From an uncultured Gammaproteobacteria bacterium (GTDB lineage: Bacteria; Patescibacteriota; Microgenomatia; UBA8517): 64,000 bases of DNA. The position numbers were made by a program, and so were the translations under genes. The stretch spans positions 1,614-65,613 of the forward strand of contig CAZAXL010000006.1 in assembly GCA_964489145.1 (NCBI GenBank), read 5' to 3'. The notes below the pieces were generated by a model. That model saw nothing but the letters and a program-made list of their open reading frames with translations, searched no databases and had not been told where the DNA came from. How positions within the stretch are numbered: position 1 is the stretch's first letter; the number at the start of each line of letters is the position of its first letter. Of this stretch, positions 46,409-55,169 are shown one piece after another.

Positions 46409-47218
46409 ATGGACATGTTCAGCTCAAAAATATTGGAAAGTCTGGTGATGCCGCAGGCTGATTCTTCAAAGGGGCAAAACGGCCAGATTACAGTTATCGG
46501 CGGATCAAAGCTTTTCCATGGCGCCCCGCTTTTGGCGCTTACCACCGCCTCAAGACTTGTCGATATGACGTTTTTTGCCTCACCCGAGCCCTCCGTCGGA
46601 AGCATTGCCGAAAAGGCAAAATCGGAACTTTTTTCTTTTATTTGGATCCCATGGGAAGAAAAGGAAAATTATATTGAAAAATCAGATGCCATCCTAATCG
46701 GCTCCGGAATGATGCGCTATAAAAAAGAGTGGAACGATGGAGGAGGTGATGAAACAAGAGAAATAACCCGCGACCTTCTTTTGAAATTCCCTGACAAGAA
46801 ATGGGTAATTGATGCCGGAAGCTTGCAAATGATTGAGCCCCAGTGGATTCCAGCCGGTTCAGTTTTAACTCCTAATCAAAAAGAATACCAAAGACTCTTT
46901 GGGGATATGGATTCCTCAGTTGCCGCCAAAAAGTTCAATTGCGTTATTGTCTACAAGTTGCCTTTAACTACGGTTTGCTCGCCGGATAGATGCATTGAGA
47001 TCAGGGGCGGAAATGCAGGTCTTACTAAAGGAGGGACCGGAGATGTGCAGGCAGGGCTTACAGTTGGACTTTTGGCAAAAAACGATCCTTTTCTGGCAGC
47101 ATCCGCGGCATCATTTATTGTTAAAAAAGCTGCCGATAAGCTTTATAAAAGAGTTGGCACTGTTTATAACGCGGACGATCTTGCGATAGAAATTCCAAAG
47201 GTTTTTTCCGGAATATAA
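46409..47218 (+). CDS. ADP-dependent NAD(P)H-hydrate dehydratase (YjeF C-terminal domain)
   Basis: GQITVIGGSKLFHGAPLLA, GGTGDVQAGL; start taken at a downstream ATG to avoid overlap. Confidence 0.7.
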   Translation: MDMFSSKILESLVMPQADSSKGQNGQITVIGGSKLFHGAPLLALTTASRLVDMTFFASPEPSVGSIAEKAKSELFSFIWIPWEEKENYIEKSDAILIGSGMMRYKKEWNDGGGDETREITRDLLLKFPDKKWVIDAGSLQMIEPQWIPAGSVLTPNQKEYQRLFGDMDSSVAAKKFNCVIVYKLPLTTVCSPDRCIEIRGGNAGLTKGGTGDVQAGLTVGLLAKNDPFLAASAASFIVKKAADKLYKRVGTVYNADDLAIEIPKVFSGI

Positions 47219-47263
47219 ATCCTATTGTATTTTCCGCAATTTTTGCGTTAATATAGACATAAT

Positions 47264-48328
47264 ATGTACTCTCCCAAATATGTGGTTTCGAATAGAGTTC
47301 TTAAAAATATCGGCTCTATTGAAGCAAGCAAGGAAGTTATTGAGAATGCTCCTTTAGTCCCTTCTTTTGCAAAGCAATTTCAATCGGACGCTGTTGTCCG
47401 CACCATTCATCACGGTACCCATATAGAGGGGAACGACCTGACCCTTTATCAGACTAAAAAGATTTTGGAGGGGGCCGAGGTTTATGCCAGGGCACGCGAC
47501 ATCCAGGAAGTAATAAATTACAGGAATGTTATGCAGCTTCTGGATGAACTCGCAGTTAAGCGTGGAGGATACGAGACCGACATGCTTAAGGATATTCATA
47601 GAGCAACGGTTGATAGGATTATTGTGCCGGAAAAAATCGGAGTTTTCAGGACAACTGAGGTTGTAATAAAAGAAGAAGGAACCGGTAAAGTTATTTTTCA
47701 ACCACCTCCATCACACGAAGTTCCGTATCTGCTCGATGATTTCTTTGAATGGTTGAATGATCCAACAGCCCGGGATACCCATCCGATAATCAGATCCGGC
47801 ATCGCGCACTACATTTTGGTTGCAATCCACCCTTTTGTTGAAGGAAACGGCAGAACGGTCAGGGCCTTTTCGAATCTGGTTTTGATGAGGGAGGGGTATA
47901 ACATCAAAAAGTTTTTCTCCATTGAAGAGCGTTTTGACGCGGACCCCAGAGCCTATTATGAAGCTTTAGGGGAGGTTGATAAAGGGTCTCCCAATCTGGG
48001 TACAAGAGATGTAACCGTCTGGTTGGAATATTTTACCGGAGTGGTTGCGGCGGAGCTCGAGAAGGTTAAAGACAAGGTTAGAAAGCTTTCTGTTGATTCA
48101 CGCCTCAAGGTAAAGTTTGGAGAACAGGTTGCGCTAAGCGAGAGGCAAATGCGTCTTATTGAATATATCTCTGACCAAGGTTCGGGTGGAATGGCTGAAC
48201 TGAAAAAAGTACTATCGATGGTTTCTGAGGATACGATTTTAAGAGAGCTTAAGGATCTTTTGAGTAAGGGGATAATCAAAAAGCAGGGCAGTACAAAAGC
48301 CAGTAAGTATGTGATAGCCAATAAATAA
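47264..48328 (+). CDS. Fic-family protein (putative AMPylase) with C-terminal winged-helix-like region
   Basis: Complete Fic motif HPFVEGNGRTVR. Confidence 0.8.
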   Translation: MYSPKYVVSNRVLKNIGSIEASKEVIENAPLVPSFAKQFQSDAVVRTIHHGTHIEGNDLTLYQTKKILEGAEVYARARDIQEVINYRNVMQLLDELAVKRGGYETDMLKDIHRATVDRIIVPEKIGVFRTTEVVIKEEGTGKVIFQPPPSHEVPYLLDDFFEWLNDPTARDTHPIIRSGIAHYILVAIHPFVEGNGRTVRAFSNLVLMREGYNIKKFFSIEERFDADPRAYYEALGEVDKGSPNLGTRDVTVWLEYFTGVVAAELEKVKDKVRKLSVDSRLKVKFGEQVALSERQMRLIEYISDQGSGGMAELKKVLSMVSEDTILRELKDLLSKGIIKKQGSTKASKYVIANK

Positions 48329-48340
48329 TTAATTACCAAA

Positions 48341-48547
48341 ATGCTAGCAAATGATCCGCAAATTTTGTACATGATTTTAGTTGTCCCGTGTCTTTTCGGG
48401 CTTACGCTGGTGGGGGAAGGCATCAGTAAGCTTGTGCACGAGGAGTCAAACGGTTTAGTCTCCATTATTTTCGGATTCTTGTTTATCGGACTTGTTATTT
48501 TCGCCTACGTTTTCTTCTCAAGTTATCTGGTTTTAGGCAAAGGATAA
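48341..48547 (+). CDS. Hypothetical small membrane protein
   Basis: Two TM segments. Confidence 0.3.
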   Translation: MLANDPQILYMILVVPCLFGLTLVGEGISKLVHEESNGLVSIIFGFLFIGLVIFAYVFFSSYLVLGKG

Positions 48548-48587
48548 TTACCATTTTTTCCCCAAACGCAATATAATCTGAATTGAT

Positions 48588-50279
48588 ATGCAGTTAAACA
48601 AATTCGCAGGCTATCTGGAAAAACTGGAAAAAACTTCAAGTAGACTTGAAATTACCTCAATTTTGACGGATTTGTTCAAAAAAACCGATACAGATGAAAT
48701 TCAAAAAACGGTTTATCTTACTCTCGGAATTTTAGCTCCCAATTATGAAGGAGTTCTTCTTAACTTGGCAGAAAAAATGGTTATTAAAGCAATTGTCTTA
48801 GCCTACAGTGCAGAACCTGGAGCAGTCATCAAGTTGTATAAAGAAAAAGGTGATGTAGGAGACACAGCAGAGTTGTTAGCCACGAGTACTAAACAGTCGG
48901 AGGGACAAAGATTAACCGTCTCTGATATTTACGAAAAGCTTTTGGCAATAGCTAAAGATTCGGGTGGGGGATCACAAGACAGGAAAATTAAGAAAATGGC
49001 CCAAATCCTGACCGAAATAGACCCGCTTTCTGCCCGCTACATTGCCAGAATTCCGGTTGGCAGGCTTAGACTTGGATTTTCGGAAAAAACAATAATTGAT
49101 GCACTAGCCGGTCACGATAAGAAAATTCAGAAAGATATTGAAAAGGCATATAACATAAGACCCGATATTGGTTATATTGCAAAACTGGTTAAAGAGGGAA
49201 ATATAAAGGCTGCAAAACCAGCTGTTGGAGTTCCGATTGTACCCATGTTGGCCCAAAGATTGAATTCAACAACCGAAATGATTAAAAAGATGGGGGAAGT
49301 TTCGGTTGAGCCCAAATTTGACGGTCTCAGGATTTTTATTCACTACAAAAAACCTGATTTCATTAGGATTTTTACAAGAAATATGAATGTGCTTGATCCC
49401 AACATCTTTCCAGAACTGAAAGAAATCAGGAAATATATAAAGGCAGAAAGTGTGGTATTAGATACTGAAGCTGTCGGACTGGACGAAAAAAGGGAGAGGT
49501 TTGTTGATTTCCAAAAAACAATACAAAGGAGAAGAAAACACGATATAGTCAAAAGTTCCGAAAACACCCCGCTTCAATTTCAAGTCTTTGACGTACTTAT
49601 TCTTAATGGAGAAAGCTTTATTAACACTCCTTATACTGAAAGAAGAAAGATTTTGGAAAAAGAAGTGGTTAACGGGAAGCTTTTCAGAGTTGACGAAAAT
49701 ACAATTACAAAAGACCCAGAAGTGATAAAAAACCTACATCAAAAGTATCTCAAGATGGGACTTGAAGGTGTGGTTGTTAAAAAAGCTAATGGTGGATATG
49801 TTAGTGGTAGAACAGGTTGGAATTGGGTGAAAATGAAAGAAGTTGAAGGAAAAAGGGGAAAACTTTCCGACACGGTCGACTGTGTAGTCATGGGATACAC
49901 CACAGGTAAAGGAAAAAGAGCTGGTTTTGGAATGGGCCAGTTTTTGGCGGGAGTAAGAGACGGAGAAACGTTTAAAAGTGTTACAAAAGTCGGAACGGGA
50001 CTATCTGACGAACAATTTAGGGAATTGAAGGCTCGTTTAACCAAAATTCAGGTGAAGGAAAAACCGAAGGAATATGTCGTAAATAAAGACCTGCATCCCG
50101 ATTTTTGGGTTACCCCCTCGGTTGTAATTGAGCTTGCGGCGGACGAAATAACGGTAAGTCCCAAACATACGGCCGGCCTTGCTCTCAGATTTCCACGGCT
50201 AATTCGATTCCGTGACGATAGAAGCGCCATAGATGTAACAACTGTAAACGAACTTCACGATCTTTTGAAGCTACAGTAA
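48588..50279 (+). CDS. ATP-dependent DNA ligase (archaeal/eukaryotic-type)
   Basis: VEPKFDGLR (KxDG adenylation motif), EGVVVKK, C-terminal OB-fold region. Confidence 0.85.
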   Translation: MQLNKFAGYLEKLEKTSSRLEITSILTDLFKKTDTDEIQKTVYLTLGILAPNYEGVLLNLAEKMVIKAIVLAYSAEPGAVIKLYKEKGDVGDTAELLATSTKQSEGQRLTVSDIYEKLLAIAKDSGGGSQDRKIKKMAQILTEIDPLSARYIARIPVGRLRLGFSEKTIIDALAGHDKKIQKDIEKAYNIRPDIGYIAKLVKEGNIKAAKPAVGVPIVPMLAQRLNSTTEMIKKMGEVSVEPKFDGLRIFIHYKKPDFIRIFTRNMNVLDPNIFPELKEIRKYIKAESVVLDTEAVGLDEKRERFVDFQKTIQRRRKHDIVKSSENTPLQFQVFDVLILNGESFINTPYTERRKILEKEVVNGKLFRVDENTITKDPEVIKNLHQKYLKMGLEGVVVKKANGGYVSGRTGWNWVKMKEVEGKRGKLSDTVDCVVMGYTTGKGKRAGFGMGQFLAGVRDGETFKSVTKVGTGLSDEQFRELKARLTKIQVKEKPKEYVVNKDLHPDFWVTPSVVIELAADEITVSPKHTAGLALRFPRLIRFRDDRSAIDVTTVNELHDLLKLQ

Positions 50280-50346
50280 CTTACCAGTTGCCTAAAAACT
50301 TCATCTGTGAAAAAATGAATTGATAAGAGAAAGGTGGTGAATATTT

Positions 50347-50676
50347 ATGGCGGAAAAAGAAAAAGGTTTCAAAAAAGAAACGGCAGGAGCATTTGCTTAT
50401 GTTTTGGGTCCGATTACGGGAATATTCTTTTTGGTGACGAGTAAAGACCCCTTTGTCAGATTCCATGCAATGCAGTCAATAGTTGTATTCATCGCCCTTT
50501 TTGTAGTGCAATGGATACTCGGAATAACAATCATACTTTTCCCATTGTCGGCACTTATCGGTCTTGTTACTTTTGCCCTTTGGTTAATTTTGATTTATAA
50601 AGCCTGGCAGGGAGAAGAGTGGGAAGTACCTGTTCTTGGAAAAGTTGCCAGAGACTTTCTGAAAAAAGTAAAGTAA
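50347..50676 (+). CDS. DUF4870-like small membrane protein
   Basis: AGAFAYVLGPITGIFFLV...RFHAMQSI pattern. Confidence 0.5.
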   Translation: MAEKEKGFKKETAGAFAYVLGPITGIFFLVTSKDPFVRFHAMQSIVVFIALFVVQWILGITIILFPLSALIGLVTFALWLILIYKAWQGEEWEVPVLGKVARDFLKKVK

Positions 50677-50732
50677 GACAAAGCCGAGGCGGGGAGGGTT
50701 TGGTGTGGATCATGAGGTGATACAATTGCTTC

Positions 50733-51215
50733 ATGGGCAAAATGAAATTAATAATAGGTTTAGGTAATCCCGGCGTCGATTATACTGAAACACGCCACAA
50801 TGTTGGCTACAAGGTCGTTGATGAACTTCTTAGAAGAATCAAACCCTCAAAGAATATTTTGGCCAGAAAAACCAATGTATTTATGAACCAGTCGGGAAAA
50901 TTTGTTGAATCTCAGACTTCCGAATATCAAACAAAAGAGGAAAACTTGTACATTGTTCATGATGACCTGGATATCCCACTGGGTGACTATAAAATTCAAT
51001 TTGGTAAGGGTCCTAAGGATCACAATGGCCTGAAGTCAATCGACGACGCGTTGGGAACTGGTGAGTATTGGCACGTAAGAATCGGAATAGACAATAGACC
51101 AGGCGACTCCCGTCCGATGGGAGAAGAGTATGTACTGCAAAACTTTTCCGACGAGGAAAAGGTGATAATTGGAAAAACAATTAAAGAAGTATGCAAAAAA
51201 TTGGAGACATTGTAG
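50733..51215 (+). CDS. pth: Peptidyl-tRNA hydrolase
   Basis: MKLIIGLGNPGVDYTETRHNVGY. Confidence 0.85.
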   Translation: MGKMKLIIGLGNPGVDYTETRHNVGYKVVDELLRRIKPSKNILARKTNVFMNQSGKFVESQTSEYQTKEENLYIVHDDLDIPLGDYKIQFGKGPKDHNGLKSIDDALGTGEYWHVRIGIDNRPGDSRPMGEEYVLQNFSDEEKVIIGKTIKEVCKKLETL

Positions 51216-51472
51216 GGAAATATAAATTGGAGGATAGAGATAAGTATGTAAGCCGTGAGTTCCAAAAATATGCTTACGACCTTGCGGTTGAACTCAGGGA
51301 CTTGCCCCACAAGTCACTTTACATGAAACTTGCCAAGGTAACTCCCAGGATTTTTCTTGAAAAAGCCAGAAGTTTTGTTAAAGATGCAACGAATGCGAAA
51401 TCAAAAGGAAGGCTCTTCATGTGGAAGCTGAAGCAGCTCAAAGATGAAGCAGAACTCAAGAAGACAAAATAA
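51191..51472 (+). CDS. Hypothetical basic protein (25-nt overlap with pth)
   Basis: ORF only. Confidence 0.35.
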   Translation: MQKIGDIVGKYKLEDRDKYVSREFQKYAYDLAVELRDLPHKSLYMKLAKVTPRIFLEKARSFVKDATNAKSKGRLFMWKLKQLKDEAELKKTK

Positions 51473-51770
51473 AGGATTTTTTGAGAGGATTTACGCTGTG
51501 GCAAAGGGTATCCCGAGAGGTAAGGTTATGACCTACGGACAGATTGCCGAAATTTTAGGATCAAAAGACGCAAGAAAGGTTGGGTGGGCGCTTCATGCCA
51601 ATAAAGATGTAAATTGCCCGTGCCATAGGGTTGTAAATAAGGAGGGCAAGGTTTCCCGTTCGTATGCATTTGGGGGCTATATGGAACAGAAAGATAAACT
51701 TTTGGGAGAGGGAGTTATCTTTTTGGACGAGTCAAGAGTCGATTTGGGCAAATGCAAATACGCGGATTAA
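51444..51770 (+). CDS. MGMT-family (O6-alkylguanine-DNA alkyltransferase DNA-binding domain) protein
   Basis: PCHRVV active-site motif; single-domain 108 aa. Confidence 0.7.
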   Translation: MKQNSRRQNKGFFERIYAVAKGIPRGKVMTYGQIAEILGSKDARKVGWALHANKDVNCPCHRVVNKEGKVSRSYAFGGYMEQKDKLLGEGVIFLDESRVDLGKCKYAD

Positions 51771-51795
51771 TGCTAGAATAATCTGAGGTATTGCC

Positions 51796-52329
51796 ATGAA
51801 GCGCGAACTTTTTGTCCATTTTGCATTTTGGTTGTCATTTTTTGTCCTGATCTCTATTTTAAGAAACTATTTATCCTTTGCCTACTGGCCTTTTTGGGTT
51901 GGAGGACTAATCGGTACGGCTCTGCCGGATGTAGACCACCTTATTTATGTTTTCTTTCTAAATCCGCAGGAACTGACATCTCAAAGAGTGAACTTTCTTC
52001 TTAAAAAGAGGGGAATTCTCAGAATAATAGCGCTTTTATACGAAACCAGGAGGGAAAGAAAAAACTTGGTCTTTCATACATTTTTCTTCCAGATAATTTT
52101 CTTAATTCTAACATTTTTTATAGTAAGCTCTTCAGCGTCGCTTCTGGTTCGAGGAATAGTGCTGGCATTCTCCCTTCATCTCTCAACTGACCAGCTTGCG
52201 GACATACTTGATCTTAAAAATCTGAACGGTTGGGGATCGCTTTTGTCTTCTGAATTGGACTACCGTAAATCGATTCTTTATTTTTCCGCTTTGTTATTTT
52301 TGTTGCTTTTAATGGGGTTTTTGATGTAA
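51796..52329 (+). CDS. Hypothetical polytopic membrane protein
   Basis: Hydrophobic segments. Confidence 0.4.
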   Translation: MKRELFVHFAFWLSFFVLISILRNYLSFAYWPFWVGGLIGTALPDVDHLIYVFFLNPQELTSQRVNFLLKKRGILRIIALLYETRRERKNLVFHTFFFQIIFLILTFFIVSSSASLLVRGIVLAFSLHLSTDQLADILDLKNLNGWGSLLSSELDYRKSILYFSALLFLLLLMGFLM

Positions 52330-52336
52330 CCGGATA

Positions 52337-52867
52337 TCATTCCTTACAGCAATCGATGGCTTTCTGGACTATTGACCCGAATCTTGAAAAAACAGATTCT
52401 GAAGTTGTTTTGCTACCCCCGTCATCGGTAAATTGGACCTTACTTGTATTTTGGTTTTTAGCGTTTGGGATTTTGCTTAAATTAAGCGCCCAAAACAGGG
52501 TATAAAGCTTATAAGATTTCGCAAAGAGTTCATCGGCCTTTTTCTTGTCGCCCTTTTTAAGTTCCTTGGTTCCAACCTCCATCATTCTCATCGATGAGGA
52601 GAGCAAGTGCTTGCTGATGCACCAGACCTCACCTTCAGGATCCTTTACAATGTTTTTCATTAGATCTGTTCTCATTAAACGAACTTCATTCAGAAGGTCC
52701 AGATATCTTTTGTCACCGGTTTTTTGAGATGTAAAAAATAGATGCTCTTCGATGGAGATCAGGTTCATTATCCCAATCGACAAGTCCTCACCCGAGGAGA
52801 GATCAACGTTTTTATCAATCTCAAATTCTTTAACTTTATTTATAAGATCTTTATAAGTTTTTATCAT
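52337..52867 (-). CDS. Hypothetical protein
   Basis: ORF only. Confidence 0.4.
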   Translation of the reverse strand: MIKTYKDLINKVKEFEIDKNVDLSSGEDLSIGIMNLISIEEHLFFTSQKTGDKRYLDLLNEVRLMRTDLMKNIVKDPEGEVWCISKHLLSSSMRMMEVGTKELKKGDKKKADELFAKSYKLYTLFWALNLSKIPNAKNQNTSKVQFTDDGGSKTTSESVFSRFGSIVQKAIDCCKE

Positions 52868-52900
52868 GATGTTGTAGAGTGAAAAGCTTTGCTTACCATA

Positions 52901-53344
52901 TTAATTTTTAGTCAGAAAGAAAAAGGCGACACTTGCTAGTATAAGCGACAAAACCGGAAATACAACCTTCTGATATGAAAAAAGCTGTTTGTTGCGCACT
53001 TTCCTGACTTTTTTATCTGCCCAGATGCCTATCAAGAAAAATATCGAACCCACGGCGGTACCCAGTATCACTTTATCTATTTCCCAAAGCCGGTTGCCCG
53101 CGATCCCGATTGAATTATTAATTTTCAGGGGGATAAGAACCAGAAGATATAGTAGGGCGATAACGGGTAATCTGTATCTCTGTACTTTTAATCCGGGCCA
53201 TTTTTTATCGATCCAGCTAATTGTTATGAAAGAGAAAGACAAAATAAATCCGCCGATCCAGAGCGATGTCACAGCATCATCTATCCCCAGGAACCTTGAA
53301 ATTCCTAGTCCTGCAATCACAGTTACTGTACAAACAGGGCACAT
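52901..53344 (-). CDS. Hypothetical membrane protein
   Basis: Four hydrophobic segments. Confidence 0.4.
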   Translation of the reverse strand: MCPVCTVTVIAGLGISRFLGIDDAVTSLWIGGFILSFSFITISWIDKKWPGLKVQRYRLPVIALLYLLVLIPLKINNSIGIAGNRLWEIDKVILGTAVGSIFFLIGIWADKKVRKVRNKQLFSYQKVVFPVLSLILASVAFFFLTKN

Positions 53345-53415
53345 ATTAGTTATCTAGTACTGTATCCTGATTTTTTATTTGTTTCAATGACTTTTGTGAT
53401 AATCAATTAGACTAT

Positions 53416-53446
53416 TGACGTAAAGTCTTGTGAAAAGGTATATTGG
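53416..53446 (+). promoter_or_regulatory. Candidate promoter of trxA (TTGACG-N18-TATATT)
   Basis: Near-consensus hexamers ~25 nt upstream of the trxA ATG. Confidence 0.35.
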
Positions 53447-53470
53447 TTTCTAGTTACAACAAAGATAAAT

Positions 53471-53791
53471 ATGGCAAGCATTGATATTGTAGATCAAAAT
53501 TTTGATGCCCAGGTTTTACAGAATAAACTTCCAGTGTTGGTTGATTTTTGGGCAGAATGGTGCGGACCGTGCAAAATGGCGGGACCGGTTTTGGATGAAC
53601 TTTCGGAGGTTTATAAGGACAAACTACTGATAGTAAAGCTGAATGTTGACCAAAACCCGGTTAATTCACAGAAATATGGAATAATGTCGATTCCGACCAC
53701 GATTCTCTTTAAGAATGGTAAAGAAATAGATCGTCAGGTTGGTTTTTCAGGAAAAGAAGCATACGAGACATTAATGAAGAAAGGTCTCTGA
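53471..53791 (+). CDS. trxA: Thioredoxin
   Basis: WAEWCGPCKM. Confidence 0.9.
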   Translation: MASIDIVDQNFDAQVLQNKLPVLVDFWAEWCGPCKMAGPVLDELSEVYKDKLLIVKLNVDQNPVNSQKYGIMSIPTTILFKNGKEIDRQVGFSGKEAYETLMKKGL

Positions 53792-53816
53792 GTATAGGGA
53801 AGGGGGTGACTAATTT

Positions 53817-54086
53817 ATGGATCCAAATCAAGTAAATCAAAATCCAACACCAGCAGGTGATGTTGGTATGGGAGTGCCTGCTGTTGATCCTAATGTAGGA
53901 GTACAGGTACCACCAGTAGAGCCGACGATGCCAACACCTCCTCCGGCAATGCCGGTTGAGCCAGTTGCACCGGTTGCACCGACTGTTGAAGAACAACCGG
54001 CAGCTCCGGAAGTACCGGTTGCGCCTCAGGGTGGCGACATGGGTGGAGGACAAATGCCTCCGACGATGCCTCCGGCAGCCGTATAA
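53817..54086 (+). CDS. Proline-rich low-complexity (likely disordered) protein
   Basis: Strong SD AAGGGGGTGA; PVxP repeats. Confidence 0.4.
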   Translation: MDPNQVNQNPTPAGDVGMGVPAVDPNVGVQVPPVEPTMPTPPPAMPVEPVAPVAPTVEEQPAAPEVPVAPQGGDMGGGQMPPTMPPAAV

Positions 54087-54155
54087 GATCGAATTTCGAA
54101 ATGAGTAACCAAATCGGAGTCGATTTGTCTAAATCCGAAACAAAGCTTTTATGTT

Positions 54156-55151
54156 TTGTCTTTCGGATTTAGCACTTCGAGATTAATTATGGATAAAGAT
54201 GTTTTTGCACCAAAACCCGAGAGTCCAATGGGTCCCTGGGACGTCGTTGTTATTGGCTCCGGTCCTTCGGGGCTTACTGCCGCTATTTATACAACCCGCG
54301 GAGCAGCCTCGACCCTGATTTTCGGGGGAGAAGTTTGGGGAGGCCAGCTGATGCTGACCACAATGGTTGATAATTTTCCGGGATTTCCGGAGGGAATTCT
54401 TGGTCCTGAGTTGATGGAAAAGATGAAGAAGCAGGCAGAAAGGTTTGGAGCTGAATTTGTCGGAGCAAATGTAGACTCGATAGATGTCACGAAAAAACCG
54501 TTTAAGATCAAATCCGGCGGAAAAACCTATCTGGCCAGATCTGTTATAGTTGCGACCGGTGCGGAAACTGTATGGTTGGACGCGCCTGGGATTAAAAAAT
54601 TAATTGGAAAGGGTATTTCTTCCTGTGCTCCATGCGACGCCCCGTTTTTTAGAGGCAAAAAAGTGGCGGTTGTTGGTGGGGGCGATAGTGCGATGGAAGA
54701 GGCTTCGGTTTTAACAAAATACGCGTCTGAAGTAACCCTGATCCATAGGCGTGATGAGTTTAAGGCTTCTGCTGCAATGCAGGAAAAAGTTAAAAATGAC
54801 CCTAAAGTAAAAATAATGTGGAATTCTGAAGTTGTAGAGGCTATTGGGGAGACAAAATTGGAAAAATTAGTCATTAAAAACAACAAAACAGGAGAGGCCG
54901 CAGAGATTCCTTTTGACGGTCTTTTTATAGCGATAGGCCATAAGCCAACCAGCGACATTTTTGCCGGGCAGATCGAAAGAGACGAAAGAGGGTATATTTT
55001 GAAAAAAACATGGCATAGCGGTACCTCCTCTAGAGGGATTTTTGTCGCGGGGGACGTGATGGATAAACATTTCAAGCAAGCTGTAGTTTCAACGGGAATG
55101 GGATGTATGGCGGCCATGGAAGCCCTGGAATATTTAGAAGAAGATAAATAA
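54156..55151 (+). CDS. trxB: Thioredoxin-disulfide reductase
   Basis: VVVIGSGPSGLTAAIY (FAD), CAPCD redox-active disulfide, VVGGGDSAMEEA (NADPH). Confidence 0.85.
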   Translation: MSFGFSTSRLIMDKDVFAPKPESPMGPWDVVVIGSGPSGLTAAIYTTRGAASTLIFGGEVWGGQLMLTTMVDNFPGFPEGILGPELMEKMKKQAERFGAEFVGANVDSIDVTKKPFKIKSGGKTYLARSVIVATGAETVWLDAPGIKKLIGKGISSCAPCDAPFFRGKKVAVVGGGDSAMEEASVLTKYASEVTLIHRRDEFKASAAMQEKVKNDPKVKIMWNSEVVEAIGETKLEKLVIKNNKTGEAAEIPFDGLFIAIGHKPTSDIFAGQIERDERGYILKKTWHSGTSSRGIFVAGDVMDKHFKQAVVSTGMGCMAAMEALEYLEEDK

Positions 55152-55169
55152 TTCCCGCTTGTCGAAAGA

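Noticed and set aside
47956-48465. 169-aa antisense ORF over the Fic 3' end
   Set aside because: It overlaps a strong CDS and has no motif.
54527-55117. 196-aa antisense ORF inside trxB
   Set aside because: Same reasoning as the previous entry; trxB is unambiguous.
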